Shown here: positions 1 to 9,139 of the stretch, piece after piece
How positions within the stretch are numbered: the first letter of the stretch is position 1
Layout of the letters: every line of letters begins with the position of its first letter
Source of the DNA: Candidatus Gorgyraea atricola
GTDB taxonomy: Bacteria > Omnitrophota > Gorgyraeia > Gorgyraeales > Gorgyraeaceae
Assembly: GCA_030765235.1 (NCBI GenBank)
Contig: JAVCCW010000029.1
Location: 76,939-140,938 of the forward strand
Direction: 5' to 3'
Length of the DNA: 64,000 nucleotides
The notes under the pieces: model-generated
Told to the model about the DNA's origin: nothing
The model's database searches: none
The model's input: the letters and a program-made list of their open reading frames with translations, nothing else
Translations under genes and position numbers: made by a program

Positions 1-12
1 ATAATTGTTTCA

Positions 13-1149
13 TTGTTATCCTCGAATACCCTCCTGTACGCAGATACTATACATCTAAAAAACGGCAGTAAGGTCGAGGGTATTATCACAAAAGAAGACG
101 AGGAGTCTGTCCAGATAAAGATAAATATCGGGGCCACGGTCGCATTTTCAAAAGAAGACATAAAAAGCATAGAAAGAGATTCTGGCGACGCGCATTCTGA
201 AATGAAAAAATCCTGGGAGGATGAGAAGGCAGAAAGAAAAATCGTAGACGTTGATATAGAAAGAAATATAGAGAAAGGCCTTGTTGAATATGAAGGCAAG
301 TGGATCACGCCCGAGAAAAAAGAAAGACTCCAGGCGGCGGATATAGCCGGAGGCGTAAAAAAGGAAGAAAAAAAGAGAAGATTTTCATTTAACGAAGATA
401 ATGAAAAGAGGTCAGATTTCGCGACAAAGCTTCTTAAGAAAGGAAAATGGTTTCTTAAAGAAACAGAGCATTTTTCAATATTCTATACAGACCTGGCCCA
501 GGCAAAGATAGTGAGCGACAAGGCGGAATACTATTTTGAGAAGATAGCGTATGATTTAGGTTACGAGGGCCAGATAAAGTGGAAGACAAAATGCCAGGTA
601 TATATCGTCGAGAGCGTTGATAAATGGAAACCCTTTTTAAAAAAGATAGGGTTTAATCCAGAGTTAGTCGGAGGCTTTGTCCCAAATTATAAAGAAAGAG
701 AAATGTTTCTCTGTGTGCTTTCAGATGGATATCTCGCTGTTACATTTCCGCATGAATTGACTCATCTTATATTCAGGGACATAGCTGGTAAGAGCACTAT
801 CCCATTATGGCTAAATGAGGGGTTGGCGAATTATGAGGCCAGTGTTACCAGTGTTTCCAACGATCTTCTAGTGAAATACATAAAAGAAGGGACCCATATA
901 CTGCTTGGTGATTTATTGCGCATTGGAACTTATCCTGAAGGAAAAAAGATGAGAGAGCTTTTTTATGCCCAGTCAGAAAAATTAGTGGAATTTCTCATCA
1001 CTCAGCATGGCAGAAAGAAATTCAGAAAATTCTGCGATCTTATATTAAAGGACAAGTCCTTTAAGGATTCGCTTTTTAGCCCTTATAAGGGGGACTTTGA
1101 AGACCTGGAGGATTTTAATATACAACTTGTGGAGTATATTGTAAAGTAA
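13..1149 (+). CDS. Hypothetical Lys/Glu-rich protein with a gluzincin-type zinc-metallopeptidase motif (HELTH-x17-WLNEGLANY, M1/peptidase-MA-like). Probably 5'-partial, since the reading frame is open to the window edge.
   Basis: Long ORF. Contains HExxH followed about 18 residues later by the NEGxAxY glutamate signature typical of gluzincins. No stop codon upstream within the window. Confidence 0.5.
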   Translation: MLSSNTLLYADTIHLKNGSKVEGIITKEDEESVQIKINIGATVAFSKEDIKSIERDSGDAHSEMKKSWEDEKAERKIVDVDIERNIEKGLVEYEGKWITPEKKERLQAADIAGGVKKEEKKRRFSFNEDNEKRSDFATKLLKKGKWFLKETEHFSIFYTDLAQAKIVSDKAEYYFEKIAYDLGYEGQIKWKTKCQVYIVESVDKWKPFLKKIGFNPELVGGFVPNYKEREMFLCVLSDGYLAVTFPHELTHLIFRDIAGKSTIPLWLNEGLANYEASVTSVSNDLLVKYIKEGTHILLGDLLRIGTYPEGKKMRELFYAQSEKLVEFLITQHGRKKFRKFCDLILKDKSFKDSLFSPYKGDFEDLEDFNIQLVEYIVK

Positions 1150-1219
1150 TCGCCCCGAACCACTCACTTCGTTCGGGTACGGGGCACGCGGAACTTACGC
1201 GGAAGAAAAGGAGGAAAAT

Positions 1220-1576
1220 ATGTTTATAAGATTAATTTTATTGGTAGGAGTTGTTTTAATCTTTGCAGGCTGTGCGGATGTAAAAACGCCTACGGCGCAA
1301 TACGCATTGACACATCCCCTTAGCACAAAGACAATGGTCGTCTCTGGTACGAGCAAGGAAGAGGTGATCGAGAAGTGGGGAGAGCCCAATGACGTAATAG
1401 ACATGGGATTCGATGACACAGGACTCAAGAAAGAGGCATGGATATATGAGGCGTGGTTCCCGAACATGCCGCTTGACCACAGGCATTTCTCGAGAAGGAA
1501 GAAGATCTATTTTATAGGAGATCATGTTACAGGATATGAAGATATAGAAGACGTAAATGAGAAGGAGAAAGAATGA
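1220..1576 (+). CDS. Small putative lipoprotein (hypothetical)
   Basis: N-terminal signal peptide ending in the lipobox-like IFAGC. RBS aaaggagg about 8 nt upstream of the ATG. 118 aa. Confidence 0.5.
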   Translation: MFIRLILLVGVVLIFAGCADVKTPTAQYALTHPLSTKTMVVSGTSKEEVIEKWGEPNDVIDMGFDDTGLKKEAWIYEAWFPNMPLDHRHFSRRKKIYFIGDHVTGYEDIEDVNEKEKE

Positions 1577-2469
1577 AGAAGCTATTATTGATAGTTTTAG
1601 TTTGTTTTTTTATTATTCCAACAGTAGTATCTGCTAAGGAATCACAGGAGGAACTTAAGACATATTTAACTCAAATGCACAGGATAGTTATGGAGGTAGA
1701 GGCAGCAATACGGATGATCAGCCTTAATCCCTTAGTAAGTGAATCTGTGACAGGGCAGATATCCAGATCTATAGAGAAGTTTGAAAACCTGAAATCACCT
1801 GTGGTTTTTTCAACAGATCATAATTCCATGCTTACTTCATTTAAACTCATAAGAGACGGACTAACGTTTATATTAAAACCTAACAAGAAACAAGAATCAG
1901 TGGATCTTGTAAAAAAAGGGGCAGATCTTCTAAGGAAGGCAGCTATGAATATAAAGACAAGGGCCGAGCAAGAAGGCCTTATACCCGAGAAGACGACTTC
2001 CACGACGTCTAAAAAAACTAGCTTACCTTCGCAGGCTCCATCAATGATCGCAGGTACACCGCCTATGCCTTCACCTCATATTGCTTCTCCTCAGATAGAG
2101 ACTATACTGACAACTACTACGATTAAGCCTTCTGCCAGTATTAGTGTGTCAGATACTGCAGGTGTATCTGCTATCCCAGCTATTAAAGTAGATTCACAGG
2201 GGGGTTCGGATCAGCCTGCTGTCTTGGCTGCGATTGGTGAAATAGCATCTGTGAAGTCGCAGGAAGATTATTTTATTGTAGAAATTTTGGATAATAATGG
2301 AAATAGCTTAGAAGTTGATATCACGCCAGGGCAGTCTACTATATTAAAAAATCATATCAGCGCAAATCCTCTTGATATCACAACAGGGTCTTCTGTTCAC
2401 GTGCTTTATACCCAAAAAGACAATAGAAATCTTGCAGGATTTGTCAATATTTTGGGATCTACTGATTAG
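1573..2469 (+). CDS. Secreted hypothetical protein with a Ser/Thr/Pro-rich linker
   Basis: The ATGA start overlaps the previous stop. Hydrophobic signal peptide (LLLIVLVCFFIIPTVVSA). Low-complexity T/S/P stretch in the middle. Confidence 0.5.
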   Translation: MKKLLLIVLVCFFIIPTVVSAKESQEELKTYLTQMHRIVMEVEAAIRMISLNPLVSESVTGQISRSIEKFENLKSPVVFSTDHNSMLTSFKLIRDGLTFILKPNKKQESVDLVKKGADLLRKAAMNIKTRAEQEGLIPEKTTSTTSKKTSLPSQAPSMIAGTPPMPSPHIASPQIETILTTTTIKPSASISVSDTAGVSAIPAIKVDSQGGSDQPAVLAAIGEIASVKSQEDYFIVEILDNNGNSLEVDITPGQSTILKNHISANPLDITTGSSVHVLYTQKDNRNLAGFVNILGSTD

Positions 2470-2805
2470 ATGCTGGATATTTCAAGAACCGAGAGATCTA
2501 TTATTTTGGCATTTCTTGTCATGGGCCTGCTTTATGCAGGCCTTTCTTATTATGTAAAGACAAAGACTAACTCTGAGATTAAGACAGTTCACATTGACGA
2601 ATCCCGCTTTTTAATCAATATCAACACAGCTGATAAATTTGAGTTAGAACGCCTTCCTGGCATAGGCCCGGTCATGGCAGGAGATATTGTAGCGTATAGA
2701 GAGACAATAGGGGAATTTACAGGCATAGAACAGCTCAAGGACATAAAAGGCATAGGTGATAAGAAGTTCGAGAAGATGAAGGAGATAGTAACTATAAATG
2801 AATAA
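2470..2805 (+). CDS. comEA: Competence protein ComEA (helix-hairpin-helix DNA-binding protein, N-terminal TM anchor)
   Basis: The C-terminal sequence LININTADKFELERLPGIGPVMAGDIVAYRE...GIEQLKDIKGIGDKKFEKMKE is a classic ComEA tandem HhH. An N-terminal TM helix is present. Confidence 0.8.
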   Translation: MLDISRTERSIILAFLVMGLLYAGLSYYVKTKTNSEIKTVHIDESRFLININTADKFELERLPGIGPVMAGDIVAYRETIGEFTGIEQLKDIKGIGDKKFEKMKEIVTINE

Positions 2806-2840
2806 AGGAGTTATAGATACCTTTCCTCGATGAAAAATTA

Positions 2841-2869
2841 TTGACAAAAAGGTTTTTTTGTAGTATATT
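2841..2869 (+). promoter_or_regulatory. Sigma70-type promoter for the 709-aa AT-rich ORF
   Basis: TTGACA, 17-nt spacer, TATATT. Confidence 0.6.
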
Positions 2870-2930
2870 ATAAATAGATTATAAATATAATTAAGAATAG
2901 TCTTGCTGCTACAGGATGAGGAGGAAAATC

Positions 2931-5045
2931 GTGTATAAAAAGCTAAATAAAATCATAGCTGTAATGATCTTGGCAATGTTTGTTTTTACCAACACAAGTT
3001 CTGCAGCCCTAAATGCTGGTACTCTAAGGATTCCTCTGGAGCTAAAGAGAGAAGAATTAAAACCCGATCTTGATTCTCAAACTACATATTTTCTTAATAT
3101 CCTCACGGCCATAGAAAAAGTTATTGATAAGAACTCTTTCCTAAAAAAAACCATACCTGGTAATTTTATTGAGACAATAAAAAGTAATGCACAGCAGCAA
3201 TCTTTTACCATTAATATGCTCAGTTTATATGTACAAAAGTATGACTGGATAATAAATGATTATATTAAACGCAAAGGGGTGGACAAACAAGTGGTACTTA
3301 ATGAAGTACAAAATGATATATATAAACCAATAATCGGATGTTTAGTTAAAATATCCAAACGTATACAAAATGACGATCTCGTGCCTAATGCAGTAAGCGG
3401 GTTAAATTTATCTATGAAGGATAATTTCGAACCCGCAGTTAACATAAAGAGGGAAGCAAGACTTGAATTATTGGGTATGAAGGGTGATCCCTGGCATGAT
3501 GGACATGTGTGGATGATACTGAATCTATTGGCTGATGGCGCTGATTTTGTGTCAGTTATGTTAGATAACAGCGATCCGGAACGTAAAGTTAATTTAACAG
3601 GGTTGCCTATAAGAGAAGCGGATTTCAAAGCCCTATTAAATGCAATGCAACCATTTGTCGGATATACTACTGTACAACGCGAAGATAAAAACTTATTCGC
3701 TGCTGATGCAGAAACCATATTTCCTGGATTGATCTATTTAAGGCGTAAAATTGCAGAGCTCATTAGAAATGGCTATAATGCAGGATTTGACCATTTTAAC
3801 TGGTTAAACACTAAGCATGAATATGTTCAACTCGATGTCCCATCCAAACTATGTCATGTCGTAACTAAACTTTTCAATTTGGGAATTAATGCAAAAATTA
3901 ATGTTAGATTTCATCATCGCGAAGGCGATAAAGTGGATGATCCTGAAATTATGGGAAAAGATAGAATTTTTGCAATGGAGGCAACAGCCAATAGAAACAT
4001 TATAGAATTTTTATCTGAATCTGCAGGAAAATTAGTCGAAGAAAAAATAGGTAAGGGAAAAGATGTGGCGTCATGGCAAAAGATATCTGAAGAAGTTAAT
4101 TCATGGAAGGAGAGAAAGATAAAAGATCTGGAAAGTTCTTTGAATGTGTTACAAGAAAAATATTATAAAGAATGGTTTATGCAAGGGAGAGAATTACTTT
4201 CGGATCCGTCTAGAAGTCCAGATCTAAAAACATGGCTAGATAGACTTGATTTATCAATGGATTCGATGAAAGGCATGAATTCACTACAGACTCTTTTGGA
4301 TTCTAAAACAGAGTCTATGCAGCAAGAGGTAATCAATGCCCTTAATCACCACATAAAGGCTCTACACATGAGCTTCGAAGTAGTTGATCAGCCAATGGAT
4401 GCTTCTTCTACAGGGGTAAGAGAACGTGGCGAGAATTATGCAGTGCCGCTATCTATTGTGCCTACATTAGAAGCGTTACAACGTTATCCTGCTTATATTA
4501 AATCTGAAACAGTGGAGACTGATAAGAAAATAACAACTGATATATTGGCAGATCTGATTGATCTTGACATTTTAAGTCTTGATAGTAGCAAAGGGATAAG
4601 AAAAGGAGAAATAATAGCTCATCTTGGCAAGAGCTTACCAGATTATGTTGATATTGATGTTTTGTTGAATAAACTTAACGAGCGCCTATCAAAAGGTCAA
4701 GACAAAAGCGCATTTTTATTTGTCACAAACACAGCATATGATACTGCTTTAGAGAAGTTTCAACGTTTATTAAGTTCTGCATACGGAAATGCCCTGCATG
4801 CAGTAGATAGTTATATAGTTAAATGTATGAATGATAAAAAATTTACAGATGAATTTGCAGCAGCTCGTGAAATTCCATCAGTAGATCTGGCTATAGATAA
4901 GCTCGATTCATTACGCGATCTTCTCATTAAAAATAGAGCTGATGAAATCTGCGTAACAGCTCGTAAATCATGGAATCCTACTTCACTCATTGAGAGAGTT
5001 AAGAATATCAAAAAATCTGGAAACGAAATAGGCAATAAGATATAA
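2931..5045 (+). CDS. Large AT-rich secreted hypothetical protein (about 705 aa), no recognisable domain
   Basis: ORF 2916..5045. The better start is GTG at 2931, preceded by GAGGAGG 6 nt upstream. Signal peptide MILAMFVFTNTSSA. A consensus sigma70 promoter sits at 2841..2869. GC is much lower than in neighbouring genes. Confidence 0.55.
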   Translation: MYKKLNKIIAVMILAMFVFTNTSSAALNAGTLRIPLELKREELKPDLDSQTTYFLNILTAIEKVIDKNSFLKKTIPGNFIETIKSNAQQQSFTINMLSLYVQKYDWIINDYIKRKGVDKQVVLNEVQNDIYKPIIGCLVKISKRIQNDDLVPNAVSGLNLSMKDNFEPAVNIKREARLELLGMKGDPWHDGHVWMILNLLADGADFVSVMLDNSDPERKVNLTGLPIREADFKALLNAMQPFVGYTTVQREDKNLFAADAETIFPGLIYLRRKIAELIRNGYNAGFDHFNWLNTKHEYVQLDVPSKLCHVVTKLFNLGINAKINVRFHHREGDKVDDPEIMGKDRIFAMEATANRNIIEFLSESAGKLVEEKIGKGKDVASWQKISEEVNSWKERKIKDLESSLNVLQEKYYKEWFMQGRELLSDPSRSPDLKTWLDRLDLSMDSMKGMNSLQTLLDSKTESMQQEVINALNHHIKALHMSFEVVDQPMDASSTGVRERGENYAVPLSIVPTLEALQRYPAYIKSETVETDKKITTDILADLIDLDILSLDSSKGIRKGEIIAHLGKSLPDYVDIDVLLNKLNERLSKGQDKSAFLFVTNTAYDTALEKFQRLLSSAYGNALHAVDSYIVKCMNDKKFTDEFAAAREIPSVDLAIDKLDSLRDLLIKNRADEICVTARKSWNPTSLIERVKNIKKSGNEIGNKI

Positions 5046-5053
5046 TAGAGGGT

Positions 5054-6610
5054 GTGAATAAGCGTCCGCTTGCTGTAATTGCGATTTTCTTTGCATTAGG
5101 TATTGTCATTGCTAAGTTTTTGCCTGATTCTGTTCTATTTCCGCATGTATTCGTAGTTAGTTTAATCTTCATTTTATCGTCTTTACTTCTCACTCTACGT
5201 AGGCCAGGTTTAAACCTGGCCTACGGTGTAGATGGGGCGAGAAGAAAAGCCTCAAATATCCTTTTACTTTTATCAATAGCTTCATTCGCGATGCTTCTGT
5301 ATATCAATTCAAATATCTTTCCGAATAATCACATCAGCAATTTCTTAGGAGAGGAAAAACTCAAAACAGAGATAGTCGGCACTATCAAAAGCCCTGCATT
5401 GACGCGGAAGCCGTATTATGGGAAAATTAACTCGACGTATATATTCGACTTAGAAGCCATGCTGGTGAACGGTGAACGGTTTACGGTTAACGGATTAAGT
5501 CAGATAAGGATACAGACGGAAAAAGACTATCAATATGGCGATAGATTGCTTGTTAGAGGGACGATAAAAAGACCGTTCAATAGTGTCATTGCGAGCGAAG
5601 CGAAGCAATCTCAAGAAAAAGAGATTGCTTCGGCTGCTTCGCCCCGTTCCAAATCAGAGATTTGGAACGGGGCTTCGCAGCCTCGCAATGACAAGAGGAG
5701 TTTTGATTACCGAGGATTTCTCGAACGACAAAACATCTTTGCCCTTATAAACACAAGAGAGAATAATATTACTGTCCTATCTCACGATTACAAATCAAAT
5801 CCTATCCTGAGATATGCGTATTTACTCCGCGACAAACTGAAAAATCAAATCATTGATAAGATGCCTTTGGATAGCGGCGCTTTTTTAAGGGCGATTCTTC
5901 TGGGAGATCGCTCAGAATTGCCAAAACATGTTCGGGATTCATTTAAAAACTCAGGTACTATACATGTCCTGGCAATAAGCGGTCTGCATATTGGGATTAT
6001 TGCGCTTATGATCCTTTATCTTTTTAGGCTCTTGAGGGTCAGGAGGGAATTTTCTTACGGATTAACAATAATATTTTTGATATTTTTTGCGCTTCTTACG
6101 CTTTCAAGGCCATCAGTAGTAAGGGCAGTGGTTATGGCATCTATATTTCTTATAGGTATGCTTTTGGGGAAAAAGGTGGATGTGTATAATTCTTTGGGCG
6201 CAGCAGCGCTTTTTATATTGGTCAGGAATCCTAAGGATATTTCCAATATCGGGTTCCAGCTTTCTTTTGCGGCCGTTCTTTCTATATTGTTCTTTACGCC
6301 CAAATTCATGAGGCTTGTGAAGGAGGGGACGAATTTCTATATAAAGAGATTCTTGTATACACCTCTGGCAGTCTCAATATCAGCGTGGGCTGCAACAGCT
6401 CCTTTAATATGGTATTACTTCAAGATCACGACACCCATTGCCATTATCGCTAATCTCTTTATAATACCTGGCCTTTTTGCATTATTGATAGGCGGTCTGA
6501 GTTTTCTATTGCTGGGCTGGGTACCATTTATAGGAGATCTTCTGGCAGGCCTTAATGATTTTCTGTGTCAGGTGATCTTTTTTCTCACAACCTTCTTTGC
6601 ATCCTTTTAA
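5054..6610 (+). CDS. comEC: DNA internalization competence protein ComEC/Rec2 (core channel domain only, no C-terminal metallo-beta-lactamase domain). Contains two in-frame repeat-element insertions.
   Basis: HVLAISGLHIGIIALMILY and a multi-TM ComEC core. It follows comEA. The 26-bp palindrome at 5199..5224 and the 108-bp hairpin element at 5585..5692 are both read through in frame. Confidence 0.8.
   Translation: MNKRPLAVIAIFFALGIVIAKFLPDSVLFPHVFVVSLIFILSSLLLTLRRPGLNLAYGVDGARRKASNILLLLSIASFAMLLYINSNIFPNNHISNFLGEEKLKTEIVGTIKSPALTRKPYYGKINSTYIFDLEAMLVNGERFTVNGLSQIRIQTEKDYQYGDRLLVRGTIKRPFNSVIASEAKQSQEKEIASAASPRSKSEIWNGASQPRNDKRSFDYRGFLERQNIFALINTRENNITVLSHDYKSNPILRYAYLLRDKLKNQIIDKMPLDSGAFLRAILLGDRSELPKHVRDSFKNSGTIHVLAISGLHIGIIALMILYLFRLLRVRREFSYGLTIIFLIFFALLTLSRPSVVRAVVMASIFLIGMLLGKKVDVYNSLGAAALFILVRNPKDISNIGFQLSFAAVLSILFFTPKFMRLVKEGTNFYIKRFLYTPLAVSISAWAATAPLIWYYFKITTPIAIIANLFIIPGLFALLIGGLSFLLLGWVPFIGDLLAGLNDFLCQVIFFLTTFFASF
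5199..5224. repeat. 26-bp palindromic repeat GTAGGCCAGGTTTAAACCTGGCCTAC, copy 1 (in-frame inside comEC)
   Basis: Perfect palindrome containing GTTTAAAC. Seven copies in the window. Confidence 0.9.
5585..5692. repeat. 108-bp MITE-like double-hairpin element with GTCATTGCGAGCGAAGC terminal inverted repeats, inserted in-frame (36 codons) in comEC
   Basis: Termini GTCATTGCGAGCGAAGC...GCTTCGCAGCCTCGCAATGAC. Internal hairpins GAGATTGCTTCG and CCCCGTTCCAAATC/GATTTGGAACGGGG. Confidence 0.7.
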
Positions 6611-6613
6611 ACA

Positions 6614-6639
6614 GTAGGCCAGGTTTAAACCTGGCCTAC
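6614..6639. repeat. 26-bp palindromic repeat, copy 2 (intergenic, 4 nt after the comEC stop), followed by ACTACACTAC tandem
   Basis: Identical 26-mer. Confidence 0.9.
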
Positions 6640-6663
6640 ACTACACTACTGAACAGGTCTAAG

Positions 6664-6692
6664 TTGACATTGATATTGAGGTGTGGTAAGAT
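6664..6692 (+). promoter_or_regulatory. Candidate sigma70 promoter upstream of the bamD-like gene (the ATG is 7 nt after the -10, so possibly leaderless)
   Basis: TTGACA, 17 nt, TAAGAT. Confidence 0.4.
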
Positions 6693-6699
6693 TTAACAC

Positions 6700-7644
6700 A
6701 TGAAGAGACTAAGTATTATAGCTTTAATATTGCTTATATATCATATATTAGTGGCGCCGGCGTTTGCCTTCTGGGTGTGGACGCCTGAGAGCGGCAAGTG
6801 GGAGAACCCTAAGTACGCGGCCAAGGATACGCCTGAGGAGCAGCTGCAGCATGCCATAGGTTTCTACGAGGTCAAGAATTACAAGCTAGCCCTAAAGGAG
6901 TTCAAGAAGTTAATAAAGTATTACTCTCTTGCTAAAGAGGCACCCTCTGCGCAGTATTATGTAGGCCGCATCATGGAAGACCTGGATAAGCCATACGATG
7001 CATTTAAGGCATATCAAAAGGTAATAGACCTTTACCCTTATACAGATTTTGTGGATGAAGTTATCGAGAGACAATTTAAGATAGGTAATATGTTTTTGGC
7101 TGGCAAAAAAGTACAGATCCTGGGACCTCTAAAGATGCCGGCCAAGGATAAGGCAATAGAGATATTCAAGGCAGTGGCTGATACTTCTCCATATGGAAAG
7201 TACGCGGACCAGGCAGTGTTTAAGACGGGGCAGGCATATAAAGACATAGCTGATTATGACAGCGCTATAATGAGCTTCAAAGAGGTCATAGATAAATATC
7301 CTAATTCTGAACTTGTTGATACAGCGAGATATCAGCTGGCAGAGTGCTCAAAGTTATTGTCGTTAAGGCCTGAATATGATCAAACGCCTACAATAGCTGC
7401 CAGGGAGGAGTTCGAAGAGTTCATAGAGAAATATCCTGAAAGTGAGATGTCAGAGGATGCCAGGGAGATAGTTGATAAACTTAGAAATAGAGAGGCAGAG
7501 AACGGGTATAAGGTAGCGCAATTTTATGAATCAAGGCGCATGAATGAGAGCGCGGTTATATATTATGAGGATATAATTAGAAGTTATCCTGATACGCAGT
7601 GGGCCAAAAAAGCCCAGGAGAGATTAAATGAGATTAAGAAGTAG
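6700..7644 (+). CDS. BamD/YfiO-like TPR-repeat outer-membrane assembly protein (signal peptide, no lipobox Cys)
   Basis: Signal peptide ending APAFA. TPR-like repeats (YYVGRIMEDL..., FKTGQAYKDIADYDSA..., DTARYQLAECS...) resembling the BamD family. Candidate promoter at 6664..6692. Confidence 0.5.
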   Translation: MKRLSIIALILLIYHILVAPAFAFWVWTPESGKWENPKYAAKDTPEEQLQHAIGFYEVKNYKLALKEFKKLIKYYSLAKEAPSAQYYVGRIMEDLDKPYDAFKAYQKVIDLYPYTDFVDEVIERQFKIGNMFLAGKKVQILGPLKMPAKDKAIEIFKAVADTSPYGKYADQAVFKTGQAYKDIADYDSAIMSFKEVIDKYPNSELVDTARYQLAECSKLLSLRPEYDQTPTIAAREEFEEFIEKYPESEMSEDAREIVDKLRNREAENGYKVAQFYESRRMNESAVIYYEDIIRSYPDTQWAKKAQERLNEIKK

Positions 7645-8173
7645 TTTTTATCTCTTGTCCCTTGTCCCATGTCTCTTGTCCCTAACAAGCTGTGGCTACA
7701 CCACGAAAACCACCCTTCCGAACGATATAAAAACAATTCAGGTCGCTATATTCAAAAACAAGATCGATATAACAAAAGAGGTAAGCGCAAAGGATAAGTA
7801 TGAGGTCTACAGGCCAAATCTCGAAGTGGATCTCAGGGACGAGATCGTAAATAGAGTGTTTCTGGATGGACATTTAAAGGTGGCCTCAGGGAATGTCGCA
7901 AATGCTATTCTCTCAGGCGAGATCACGCAATACAGAAAAGACCCATTGAGATATCAAAATGAAGAAGTGCGTGAATACAGGATAAGCCTGGTATGTGATT
8001 TTAAATTAATAGATTCCAGGAATGGAGAAGTGTTGATAGAGGAAGATAGTATTACAGGAGATACGACTTATTTTACCACTGGCACGCTTCAGAAGAGCGA
8101 GACAGCTGCCTTAACCGATGCAATGCAGGATCTCGCTAGAAGAGTAGTTAATAGAGTAGTTGAGAACTGGTAA
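7628..8173 (+). CDS. lptE: LptE-like LPS-assembly lipoprotein
   Basis: Signal peptide plus the lipobox LTSCGY. Sits immediately upstream of holA, the conserved lptE-holA arrangement. The 5' end overlaps the bamD-like stop and is built from a CTTGTCCC tandem array. Confidence 0.5.
   Translation: MRLRSSFYLLSLVPCLLSLTSCGYTTKTTLPNDIKTIQVAIFKNKIDITKEVSAKDKYEVYRPNLEVDLRDEIVNRVFLDGHLKVASGNVANAILSGEITQYRKDPLRYQNEEVREYRISLVCDFKLIDSRNGEVLIEEDSITGDTTYFTTGTLQKSETAALTDAMQDLARRVVNRVVENW
7651..7683. repeat. Tandem 8-mer array (CTTGTCCC-like, x4, reverse complement of GGGACAAG). Encodes the hydrophobic core of the LptE-like signal peptide.
   Basis: TCTCTTGTCCCTTGTCCCATGTCTCTTGTCCC. Confidence 0.8.
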
Positions 8174-8179
8174 TAAAAA

Positions 8180-9139
8180 ATGCCCACCAAAATATTCCCC
8201 GCGTATCTTTTTCTTGGCGAAGAGGGTTTTTTAAAGCAAGAGGCGATCGAGAAACTGAAGTCGACTCTTTTGGATAAAAACACCCAGGATCTTAACTACA
8301 ATACATTTTACGCTAAGGACAAGAATTTTAACGTCAGTCAGATGCTTGACGATCTTGATACCATGCCGTTTTTATCAAAGAGGAGGCTGGTGATATTAAA
8401 GGAGGCTGATTCTGTAACCGTATCCGCAAAGACATCGATCCTTTCTTATCTGGAGAGTCCGAGGGAAAGCTCTGTTTTTGTTATTGAAAGCGATCTGCCT
8501 GCAATAAAGGGTGATTTTCTTTTAAAGGCCTCAAAGGCCGCGCACCTGATCTATCACAGGAAGCTGACAGACTCTAGCATCAATACATGGCTTGTTAAAA
8601 GAGCAGGCCTTGCCGGCAAAAAGATCTCCACAGAGGCCATTGACGCAATAAAAGAAAACCTGCCGAATGATCTCAGGGTGATCTCTTCCAATATGGATAA
8701 CATAATCCTCTATGTTGGCAAGAGGCCATTGATAAAAAAGCAGGATATTGAGAATATTGTAGGAGTGAGCCCTTCGCATACTGCCTTTGATCTTATAGAT
8801 GCTATAGGAGAGAAGGATGCTAAAAGAGCGCTGCGTATATTTTCTACTCTTAAGAGAGACAAGAAAAGGGAAACAGAGCTTTTAGGGCTTTTGGCATGGA
8901 ATGCGAGGATGCTTTTAAGGATAAAGGAGCTTTTCAGGATCAAGAATAATATGGAGATGCGTCAGGATCTTGACCTGAGCCCAAGGGTATTTGAGAGGAT
9001 CCTGCGTCACGCGTCTATGCTGAAGAAAAAAGAGATCCTCGCGCTGCTGGACGAGATACTCCGCTCAGACCTTGCTATAAAAACAGGCACTTCTCCTGGC
9101 GCTGTGATAGAGAGATTAATCGTAAGGATGTGTATCTAA
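8180..9139 (+). CDS. holA: DNA polymerase III delta subunit
   Basis: N-terminal ...PAYLFLGEEGFLKQEAIEKLK... is a typical HolA start. About 320 aa. Synteny with lptE. Confidence 0.75.
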   Translation: MPTKIFPAYLFLGEEGFLKQEAIEKLKSTLLDKNTQDLNYNTFYAKDKNFNVSQMLDDLDTMPFLSKRRLVILKEADSVTVSAKTSILSYLESPRESSVFVIESDLPAIKGDFLLKASKAAHLIYHRKLTDSSINTWLVKRAGLAGKKISTEAIDAIKENLPNDLRVISSNMDNIILYVGKRPLIKKQDIENIVGVSPSHTAFDLIDAIGEKDAKRALRIFSTLKRDKKRETELLGLLAWNARMLLRIKELFRIKNNMEMRQDLDLSPRVFERILRHASMLKKKEILALLDEILRSDLAIKTGTSPGAVIERLIVRMCI

